Assembly: GCF_052425735.1 (NCBI RefSeq)
Contig: NC_135762.1
Span: 16,492,001-16,556,000, forward strand
Length of the DNA: 64,000 nucleotides
DNA from: Oculina patagonica
Lineage: Eukaryota
Direction: 5' to 3'
A program made the position numbers and the translations under genes. The notes beneath the pieces were generated by a model. It searched no databases. It worked only from the letters and a program-made list of their open reading frames with translations, and was not told the origin of the DNA. Of this stretch, positions 49,297-60,124 are shown piece by piece (within the stretch, counting starts at the first letter, position 1; each line of letters starts with the position of its first letter).

Positions 49297-51966
49297 ATGG
49301 CAGCTTGCCTTCTGTGGCTTCGCGCATCTTTCTCAAGAATTCCTAGGTGCAGTATTCCCGGAACCAGCAAGGCCCATGTTACAAACATTATTTGCCGTCA
49401 TTCAACACAGGCAAGTCCAACCGCAAGGAGTGTTTTTCAACCACTACCCAGAGAGGAACTGGTGACTAAATTCAAGTCGAGGCTCAAGGACAGGCCGTTT
49501 ACTGTTGGTTCAACAGGCGAAGGTTTCCCAGAATTCCTTGCAGAGCCAAGAGAGTCGTTTCCACACGGCGTGCAAGTTAACAATCCGCACCAGTCCTCCC
49601 TCGCCGAGTTGATAGCAAAATGTATGGAGTATGTAGAGAAGAACCATGCACAACACCCCGCCATATTATTCCGCAATCTGCCAGCTCAAACTGCGCAGGA
49701 CTTTTCTACTATTGCAAAGGAGATTCCTTGGAAACGTATGACTTACGAAGGTGGTGCAGCATTCCGAAAACAAATCGACAAAAGTGCAGGAATTTACACT
49801 TCTAACGATAATCCTGATGAAGTTTCTATAGATCCACACAACGAACTGTCTTACACTAAAGCCTATCCGTCCAAGGTAAACTTTGATAAAACGTAAAAAT
49901 GTTCGAATGAAAAATGATGGAATTAAGACGAATAAATGATCCAAATATAAGGCTGAAAATGATGTAAATTTCTGTTGTCGCAAGGCTGGGACTTAGTCCC
50001 CGACGGGAATCGAACCCACGAACGACGTTCCGCACAGCGGTCGGATGTTCTTAACACTGATCTAAAGAGTCTCGTGGCGAGTTATATGTAACACGCGTTC
50101 TGCATACTACTAAGATCGGCATGGACAAAAGCGTCCTGTGTAGACACTTTTTAAGCTGTATTTACTATGTAAAATTCTGCAGTCTCGAAGAGAACAGAAG
50201 AAACGTTAACGGGAGATCAATCTTGATCTCCCAAGAGAGGATAAAACTAACAATAGTGTTAATCCACAGTCAACAGTTTTCGCAACCAAACGGAAAAGGA
50301 GAAAAGGTTAATACCAGAATACATGTTTGACGAGAGAAAGAAAATATATATCAAGTTACCCTACTCCCACGACAACGAGAAGCTCAGTAAACGGTTCATA
50401 AACAAACTGAACATTTTCACGGATTGGCGCTTCATGTTTATTAATGTCTGGCAAACCCGAAAGATCAAAAGTTTATTTAACCTCAAAGACAAAAGCGGCC
50501 ACAAATCAAATGTTATCTATCGTGCCGTGTGCAATTGTGGCGAAACTTACATCGGCGAAACAAAACGTAATTTCACAGTGCGGAAAGCAGAGCACGAGAA
50601 TAAGACCCATAACTCGGAGCCAGCCCGCCACCTCGCAAAAAACCCAGATCACAAATACACATGGAACATTGCGTTCACGGAAAAAACAACTTTTCGACGC
50701 AAAATAATGGAAGGCCTGTTGATTGCTTGCGAGAAACCAACTTTGAATAAACAGGTGCACTGTTTTATCGCCAAACTGTTCACCTCGGGAATTACATAAC
50801 AACACAAAACCAAGCTGAATGTAAATGTTCATTTAACACTGATGATGACCTTCCAGTCGAAAACATTTTGTTTTTAAGAACTTTAATAACTTTTATCTCT
50901 TTTTAGCCTTTTTAAAATTATTTTATGAGCAACATTATGGTCGAAACTTTCAGACATTAAAGGGCAATGGATTTGATAAAGGAAGTAACTTCAAAATATT
51001 ACCGTCTATCTACCCTAACTAATTGTTACTACCCTCATCTCCCCACAGATTTACTTTTTCTGCCTGAAAGAACGTGCTGATGGTTGTGGCGGTGAAACAG
51101 TTTTGGTTAAAAACAGCGAACTTCTCTCCAAACTGGATCCTGAAATTGTGCGAAGGTTTGAAGAGAAACAAGTGCGATACGCGAGATATGTACCTGACAA
51201 ATCCAATGATAAGTACATGAACTGGCAACACGTGTTTGAAACGGATGATAGAGAGGTAGGCAGGCGCTCATAAGACCTTTACTGATTATCCCTTTAGTGG
51301 GTGGGTGGGTGGGTGGGTGGGAGGGTTGATAGTCACTGACCGAAGTTCCTAAGCAATATGACACATCCTGTCAGCCTGGCGTGAATCCTGTCACGCTGGC
51401 GTGACAGTCTTCAGTGTACTCTCGAATGTTCAAGCTTTTTTGTGATTGGATAAGAATCGGCAACTCTACGAGCACTTCAACAGAAACTTACCCAAAAACG
51501 ACAGTTGTTTCCCCAACCAACTTAATATATTCGTTGCATTGTGTCTTTGCAGGTCGTGGAAAAACGTGCAAAAGAGCGAGGCAACAACATCACATGGGAT
51601 CCTAACGGGGATTTACGCCTCTGGCAAACCAGACCCGCCTTTATACATCACCCGAAGACTGGAGAGAAAATCTGGTTTAACCAGGCAACTGATCATCATG
51701 GCTCGTTATGCCGGTTATACCTTGAGGGGAGGGGAGGGGGATCTACTGAAATCCCCGACCACAAACTGCCCATGCACACGTATTACGGGGATGGAAGCGA
51801 TATTGAGCCTGCAGTACTACAACACCTACTGGCAACCACGTGGGAATGCGCAGTGGGGTTTAAATGGAAGAAAGGTGATTTGTTAGTGTTGGATAACTTG
51901 GCTGTTCAGCATGGAAGACTTGGATTCAAAGGGGAGAGAAAAATTTTAGTTTACATGACTGCATAG
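49297..51966 (+). CDS. TauD/clavaminate-synthase-like Fe(II)/2-oxoglutarate dioxygenase, copy 1 (399 aa)
   Basis: Exons 49297-49875, 51049-51255, 51553-51966, all phase 0. Motifs AILFRNL, PHNELSY (HxE), FFC..GGET, GEKIWFNQA, YGDGSDIE, WKKGDLLVLDNLAVQHGRLGFKGERKILV. Arg/Ser-rich, acid-free N-terminus. Confidence 0.93.
50264..50945 (+). mobile_element. 5'-truncated Penelope-like retroelement with open GIY-YIG endonuclease ORF (50323-50799) in intron 1 of dioxygenase copy 1
   Basis: IKLPY, NVIYRAVCNCGETYIGETKRNFTVRKAEH, EGLLIACEKPTLNKQ. Absent at the matching position of the copy 2 intron (about 61505-61525). Confidence 0.88.
50835..50872 (+). ncRNA. Minimal type I hammerhead ribozyme motif in the Penelope 3' region
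   Basis: Stem I AACA(50835-38)/TGTT(50869-72); core CTGATGA 50839-50845; stem II GAC-cttcca-GTC; GAAA 50859-50862; vestigial stem III; UH at 50867-50868. Confidence 0.6.
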
Positions 51967-53723
51967 CGAGCAAATAACTATTGGGGAAAACTTGTTGTTG
52001 AAATAACGTAGTTTTAAGGGCGGGGTGAGAACTTGCGTATTAATGTATATTAGACGCTCATTTCATGCTGTAAATGATATACCGTGAAATATATGCCACA
52101 AGTGACTTGATTTCTTATAGACACAAGAGCCTTAACTACACATGAAGTGTTTTTGGCTTAATAACACAGGTCGCTGAGATAAAACAGATATTGTTGCAGA
52201 CCACCCGTAGAATACCGTACGATAAATTGGCTATGTTTAATAACGTAACATAAAATCGAAATAAAAATTGTTCACTAAGTTTGATAAGTAAAGTTCTTTT
52301 GGCTTCCAGTCTAGTTTGACTTTTTTATGTTTCATAAGACTGGAGACTATTGCAATCGTCCACATGTGAAATAACCAAGTCATAAGACTGAAGTTTGAGA
52401 TTATTTTGAGAAATATTTTTGTAGGGCGAGGGGCACCGTGGATTAACGGTTAGTGCCTTGTTTTCTGGACCGAGCGGTCTGGGTCCAAGAGCTGGCGACT
52501 GGCCGGGATAACTGAGGTTTTTTTTTTCTTGGGCAACAAACTTAACCTAACAGTGCTTTCCTCCACCCAAGGGCAAAAATCGAGGATCTTTTAGGGTAAC
52601 CTGGCAAACTGCTTGGGAGAAGTGGGGGGGGGGGGGGGGGGGGGGGGGGAGGGAAGAAAGGAAGGAAGGAAGGAAGGAGAGGGTAAACCTGAGACGGACT
52701 AGCATCCAATCCAGGGGAAGTAGCAATACTCCTAGCCGCTTCAAGCAAAAGAAACAGGAGTTTGTGGCCTCTCCAATCCTTAGCAATGAAACGGACTTTA
52801 AGGTACTTTACCTACCTTAACTTTGATATAAATATAAGTTCTTTATGCGGCCTAAACATATATGCCAGTTATGCATTGTTTTCAAGTGGCATACCATGAA
52901 ATAACCCACAAGTCACGAGTTCTGCATTTTTTCCCTCTCTAGTATCAGGTTTTTCCGAAGATTTAAGGTTGCAATGTCGACTTCGAGGGAATAATTTGGC
53001 TCTTCATTCATGATATACTGACGGTATATCGAGCACATAACAAACGTAAACCTTTTGCGTGGTCAAAAAAATACGTGTTTTGTGTTCATGTTAATATTCT
53101 TAGAACTCATGAATTCACTGAACTAAACAGGGACGACTTGTTTAAAATTCAGTTTTTCACACAAGCGCACAATTATACATACTCAGGTACTCACTAGTAC
53201 AGTGGACACACAAAAGATTGCTTCTGTAACGTAACGTTGGGCAATTTAAACCTTTAGTAAAACAAGTACTATAAGGCACTGCATTTGTGGAAAGCAGCTT
53301 TTTTCGTTATAATTAGCTTATCACTAGAAATTTATTATTTATAAAAGGGTTGTATGTATTGTTTTAAAGCTGAATGTATTAACCGTGTGAAAAATAAAGA
53401 TTACCTACCTACCTACCTACCTTACCTAAACAAGATGGGGCTGAAATGTTGTTTTTTTAAACTTATGTGCTTTGTCATCAAAAATTTCTCGTAGAAAAAT
53501 TAAACTATTCGTATTACAAATTAATCGTTTGCAACATTTAAATTGACAATTTTGGAACTGCCCTGCTTACATAAAAAGGAGCTCCTTGATTCCTTTCCAC
53601 TCATGAGTAATCGTGCAAGAAATTTTGCAGTTTTTTTTCAACTGCTTGTTTCCCCAACCTGAATAAGCAATGACCGTGTCATTGCTTGTTCAGGTCAATT
53701 CTGTTGCTAAATAAGCCAGTTAT

Positions 53724-56700
53724 TTAGGTGTATAGATCATAAAGAGACTTGATGTACAGAGATTTTTCTAAATCTTGCTCTGTTGTATCTTGCCAGCTGT
53801 AGAACACCACCTGAATAAAAATGTGTAACAGCCATAAGAATAAAAAAGCAAATATAACATTTTTCAAACATAGGATTTTAGAAACAATCGTCTCATGCTT
53901 CGACTGTTACGCGCATTCTCCAACTATATTACTATAATGATGATTTTTTCGTGTTTTTTTCTTCAACATGGATGCAAACCTTGGCCTATACCGCTGGAAC
54001 AGTTTGCGTCGTAACAGCATTAACCTCTACAGATATACAAGAACCACGAGCTAACCTCCAGCAAACCCCTTCCCCCCCCACACACAAACACCCCACCACG
54101 CACCACCCCCACTACACCTAACCCCCCACACCGTCTCAAGAAAATCCCGGCTAAAGGACCGTAGCATGAATGTGTGATATGCTGAGTGTAACCAACGGAC
54201 ACAGCCTTACATAATGATCAACTGACTCTCTTCATTCATAGTATGTTTGATTAGAAAGAATCATACATAAGGTCATATACAATTGAAACGCGCACACGAA
54301 AATCATGAGCTCAAAACTTTCTGTTTCAAAAAATGTCGACTGTTTTGTTTCCACTACTGTAGCGCATAATCTTGACTCTGGCCTATAAATAAGGGCTATA
54401 AACCTAACGTTTACATACCGTCTTAGTAGGTTCTGTTAATAGGAATCCATTCTCCGAGAACCGGCCTCGGACATCTTTGGCTACCAGCCACACAAAACAT
54501 GCGGGAGACTGGGCCTCAACTGACACGCTGAACTCTCCTGTCTTGGACATCCGGGCAACTTTAACAATCTAAAATACAAAGCAACCACTGTCACGTGATG
54601 CTGACCAATGCGCCCATGTTGACGAAATTTGCGTTACTTGCCAGAAACGCAAACACAAAACTAGAAAGCAATGCCCCTCTCAAACCTTTCAGCTTAAAGT
54701 GCTATATTCTGACTATGAGGGATGATGATAACTGAATAAGTCCCTTTTTACCATTTACAAAATTATCTTCAAATACAAAAAATTAGCAAAGAAGAAGATT
54801 GACAAAAATCACTAGTCAAACAGCGCCACTTCACGGATGGTGCGTAGTTGGAAAAATCCTATTTTGTCAAGTTCGTCCTCCATAATCGGTGTCAATCTCC
54901 TCCAATACTACCATCCTTGTTCTTTTTTGGTTTATTCATAACTCTTGGGTGTTTGTTTTTTTACCGTACTAAACTATTACTTTAAGGATACATGGTAAAA
55001 TGTATTCTGACAGCCTCAAAACGGTCTAACGTTGCCAGTATTCATTTACCACAGTAAATCTAACTGTTTTTCAGCCTGTTCTCCCTTATGGCCAGTAAAA
55101 TGGACTCTGGATCGAGCGGTCCGGGTCCCAGCCCTGGCCGCCGTAATTATGTTGTGTTCCTGGGCATGGCCGGAGCACTCTCACAGTACCCGCCCCGCGA
55201 GTATAAAATCTATTAGGAAAACTTGACAAAATGCTGGGGGTAACCTATAATGGACTAGCATCTCGTCCAAGGGGGAATCGCAATACTTATAGTCGCTTAA
55301 TGCTGCAGAAACGGGGATACGCTCCAGCGGTAAGATCCATTTGACTGGGTGCGACTTAAGCGTTTTATACCATTTTCGATTTGTAGATCATTTTGTAAAT
55401 CTCAGAATACTGGTTTGTCCTCACGGACAAGATATTCGCTTTTTCAATAAAACGCTGTTTTATTACGATAGAGTTGTATATCGCTGCAGTCTTAAAAAAT
55501 ATTTGAATCTTTTTGTTACTGACGCTATTCTCTATAAACACGTCCGCCTTACACTATTCTAAAAGTAATGGTTTTCACCCGCCTTCAGTCGAGGATCTTT
55601 CAAACCCACTGTTTCTGATAGGTTGGAAGGGTAGAAGACGTTTGTCGGTCCCAGGTCTTTTCCACTGCTCATGTCCAAAGGTTTCATGGTAAAGACACAA
55701 TGCTGAGCACTTTCACATTTGCTTGTTTGTAAAAGATCTTTCAATTCATCTGCGTAAACCAGTTTCTACCAAAAAAGAAGAAAAAAATTAAACACAAACA
55801 AGGGTTTGTCAGTTTGACAACGGAGTTAGGCTTTAGCCCGTCGTATAGGCCAAAGTCGTTTTTTTTTTGTTAAAAGTAACAATCCAACTGACTTACCGAG
55901 GACTGTCGATCAATGTTAAATGTTATGTTTCTGATGTAGAGTGGTGCGAATGAAGACCATGTCCAAGCTTTAAAAGACACTGCACCATGCGTAATTGGCT
56001 GAAAATCACAAAAACAAGCGATTTAGTTATTGTTGGTTCTTACAAAGACAGCATGCGTTCTCTTGTTTGCAAGTTACCACAAGGGATCTTTTTATTTGGG
56101 CGTCTATTAAAGACTCGGCCCTAGCAATCAGGCGATTACACGAGAATGGTGGGACCGTTTAGTAAATACACTGTTATTTTTAAATAACAGTGTGTTTATG
56201 TCTTAAAAGACAAAAGTACTTCGAGTGCGAATAAGCACCCAGTGGAGGACAATATGCAAGCCCTGGCCAGGGTCACTGCATTGTGTTCATGGGTGTTCCG
56301 AACTGAAATTTTACGTTCATTTTGTGTAATGGTGGATTTCCACTGACGCGTAAATTTTTACGTGCGTGAAAAAAATTAGAGACAATGTATGAACGGCCTG
56401 CGTAAACGTGTACGCAAGCCGTTCATACATTGTCTCTATTTTTTACGCACGTAAAAAATTACGCGTCAGTGGAAATCCACCATAAGGCGCGTTGCGTATT
56501 TATCGAGTAGAGACTAGGTCCGAGGGACAGGGTTCGAGCACTTTTTCAGGCCAAAAACTCAAGGACTTTTCAAGGACTTCCCAGGACCCTTCTTGGAAAT
56601 TTCAAGACTTTTTTTCATGAAATTTACCCCAAATCAACAATTTCCGGTCTGTTATGCCGTTGATGTACTTGCTGAAGAACAAAACAAATCGCTTATTTTG

Positions 56701-57635
56701 GCGGTCTTCTCGTTGCCTTCAAGCCTCTTGACGTTCAATAAAAAATCAAGGACTTTCAAGGACCGAAAACCAATTTCAAGTACTTTCAAGGCCTTGAAAT
56801 CGAACTCCTGAAATTCAAGGATTTTCAAGGGTTTTCAAGACGCGTACGAACTCTGGAGTGATGACATGTTGAAAACGAGATACGTGTGCTCGACGTTCGG
56901 GTCGAAGAGCAGATGAATATTGTGATAAATTTTGTTGCGTTTATTGAATAAATCGGTTTTTTTTTTTCAATGGGCAACACACTTTACTTTCAGGTTGCCT
57001 CTCTCCACTCAGGTGTATAAATGTACAATGGACAAGTATCCCATCCAGTGGGAAGTACAGATACTCTTAGTCACTTCAGAGATGCATGATATGAGCTCAG
57101 GCCTGATCGGCCACAAGGCTTGAAAGCAGATCTAACCTTTACCTACCAGTATTCTTTATGTACTACTATTAAACATTGTTCTTTCATTGTCATGGACATA
57201 AGGAAACGGAATTTCAAGCATTTCTTCACGTCCATGATATACAAAAAGGGCTGAACACATTGTGCGACTGATGTAATCACCGTTACCTTCATTAAGTCAG
57301 ACACAACGTATAGCTTAAACTTGCCACCATCCTGATAAGACGACGCTATCACTGGAGCAAAGAAATCCTTCACAAAATAATGAAGCATCTGGAAAAATAT
57401 GACAAAAAACTGTTAGAAAAACTATTAGCTTTATCGCTCACTATTTCGACTGCCAACGTTCCCTTAAGGGGGAAATAAGCGTGCGAATAGAAACTTATCT
57501 TATCAGTCTCAGGCTAGCTGACACTCACCCCCCCCCCCCCCCCTCTCACTAAACTACAAACGAACTTGTTTTACCTTCCATCGGCCTCCATATTCCAACG
57601 AGGACCACGTGGGGGCCTGCCAGATACTGTTTAAC
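53724..57635 (-). CDS. MANBA: Beta-mannosidase (GH2) C-terminal part, six exons, about 227 aa; 5' catalytic exons not in window
   Basis: Exons 57575-57635 ([20 protein letters not shown]), 57287-57388 ([17 protein letters not shown]), 55897-55998 (WTWSSFAP), 55583-55765 ([11 protein letters not shown]), 54419-54568 ([16 protein letters not shown]), 53724-53810 (VVFYSW..SLYDLYT*). Collinear with the vertebrate MANBA C-terminus; no internal stops. Confidence 0.88.
56330..56482. mobile_element. Palindromic Harbinger-like MITE, TAA TSD
   Basis: taa|tggtggatttccactgacgcgtaa ... ttacgcgtcagtggaaatccacca|taa. Confidence 0.85.
56528..56855. mobile_element. hAT-like MITE with ttcaagga repeats and possible 6-bp TSD
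   Basis: gaggga|cagggttcg ... cgaactctg|gagtga (one mismatch in the TSD). Confidence 0.6.
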
Positions 57636-57730
57636 CTGAAAACGATCAATAAACAAACAAAAAAATGGAGCAGAGTTGTCTACTCTCTCAATTTCATTTC
57701 CATAACGTTTAATTTGTTCCCCTTAACTAC

Positions 57731-57819
57731 TAGCCTCCTACGCAGTCGTGGACTCGTCACGCGTTTCTCCCCCACGAGAAACGCATGACGAGCACAAAGA
57801 ACGTCTGCGTAGGAGGCTA
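57731..57819. mobile_element. 89-bp TIR element with TAG...CTA ends and 9-bp TSD (AcademH-like)
   Basis: cttaactac|tagcctcctacgcag ... ctgcgtaggaggcta|cttaactac. Confidence 0.8.
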
Positions 57820-60124
57820 CTTAACTACGAAACCAGTGGTGAGCTTCGAAATCGAAGGGCCGATTTTTTTTTTATTTAGGTGCTTTTGACGTTCCGGCGT
57901 GCGAGAAACGAGAAGTCTATAGGAACAGACTACTTTAGCAGTTCAGTTCCCTGTGATATATTTTCTATTTCTGTTTTTTTTTTAAGATCATGCACCTTCC
58001 TCTGTCATTTCAAAAAGTATCTTGCGATCGGAGCGATTATATGAGAACATTACACAGACGATCGCTAACGTCTGCGGCGATCACGATCGCTTGGATCGTC
58101 CGTGTTCTATCCTGCTAGCTTCTCTTTCCCTTCTTCGCCGTTCCCCCTCGTTTTTTCCTCGCACGCCCACGTTTTTTGCACTACTGCAAGCGTTTTATTG
58201 TGTGAGCGTACAAAAAGTATAGCCCCACATATAGCCATCGACAAAAATATGCGTGGATGTAATAAATTATAACTGCAGAACACAAAACTAAGCTCATGCA
58301 TCATAATTAGCATATATGTATGTAGTATCAACGGACCGTTTATTGATACCCGCTGATCAGTGTCACGTTCGAAGCACATCAGCTAAGGACAGGTAAAGTT
58401 GGTTCCAAGGTAGTGACGGTATATCGAGCTCATAGCAAAGGTAAAACGTTTGGGTGGTCATAAAATAAGCGTGTTCTGTGTTCATGTTAATATCCTTAGA
58501 AATATTAATTCACTGAACTTAACAGGGACGAATTCTGATTTGTTTATAATTCAGAATGTTGCTGTGGTGTGGATAAATTCGCTGCAGCTTTAATATCGTC
58601 TGCAAAACATATCTAACTGGTCCAAATTAATGCTTAAAGTTTCCTTAAAAACAAACTTACTAGGCTTGCCGTTAGTCGAGAGGTTTGGAACTATTCATTA
58701 TTATATTCTTCTACGCAGATAACAGCTATTAATTTATGCAAGTTGATGCCGTTGTGCTTCAATGCATCGGGGTTGGAAACAGTACGGTACATATAACTAA
58801 GAAACAGCGACATTGCACCGTTGAAAACAGAAAACCTCTGGGGAAAGAAAACCGTGTTGTATCTTAGAGCTTCTATAAATTTAAATGTTTTCGAGGGCAG
58901 CTAGACATCAAAGCTCAACTGACGCCTTTTTTCACGGTGTTGAGCTTTAGATTGGATTGCACGATACATGTTTCTATAATTTGTTCTTGGCTTTATTACT
59001 TTCCTGGGAGAGCAGTCATTTTATAGTTACTTATTCAATTTATTCACACTAAAACTGCAAGTGCATGTTTCTCGTGAATCAATTGAATATAAATATACAG
59101 TGTACCGAGACATGGCGGCCATATTAATTAGAGGAGTGAATTGATGATTTTCTTTTGGGAAAAAATCATTTCTATGCAAATATCTTTTATTGTTTCACTC
59201 CCCTAACATGGTTCCCATGAAGACACTCTATAACAGTAAGCTAAGCTATGTAAATGATGTGCCGTTACACACCAATGAATTGACCTTATTGTAGCTTATG
59301 CAGCTCTATCACAGGGATTTTACTGTATATCTAGGCAAAACGGTGCCAGAATTATGACTATTTAACTACCTTTGCGCCAAGAGCATCAACGTGAGCAATT
59401 GTTTTCTTTACACAAGGGTAGTCTGCCTGACTTTTCCAATTTGAGATCAAAACCTCGTGCTTGCGTAACTCATGTTAACACCCCTTAATAGCTTCAGTGC
59501 ACTGGTATATAGGTGTAATTTTTTTTAATTCTTTCCCTCCTTGATTAAGAGATGTTTATTAACCCTCGCACATACTGGGGGGTAGGGTGGATGGCCCCCC
59601 TCTCGGGTTTTTTTCTCAATTTTGAAAAGGAGACAGTATAGTGATATAGAACGAAACTACACCATAACTTTTAGGTTTCAGGTTTCACTGATGTAAATGT
59701 GTCCACTGGCTTTTGAGTTTTCAAAGTCATGATCATTATATACCCCTCTTGCTATACCATACAACAATCCCCTAATTTAAAGTAATGGAAGAAGTAATAT
59801 AAATGCCTCCTCCAGTCATCATCAAGGTGGGGATATGTCAATACTTCGAATATCGTTATTATGCTTTAATAATAACTTCTCTTTTGAGACATTTTAACTT
59901 AAGAATCCTGTTGATACAACCACGCACTGCATTTTATACTGAACGGAGGCAACGTGGCCTAACAGTTGGGGCGCTGGTGTTGTTATCCAGCGGCTGTTTG
60001 TTTTGAAGATTATTTGCGAGGGAACGATAATAACACTTATTTGATTTTTATGGAAGGTAGCTTGTTCAAATTGAATAAGTGTGACTTGAACGCATTCCCG
60101 CATCACTTATTTCCCGTACAGGAT

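Noticed and set aside
49995-50070. tRNA gene on the minus strand (ggttcgattcc B-box)
   Set aside because: No complete cloverleaf; degenerate and present in both paralogous introns, consistent with a SINE head.
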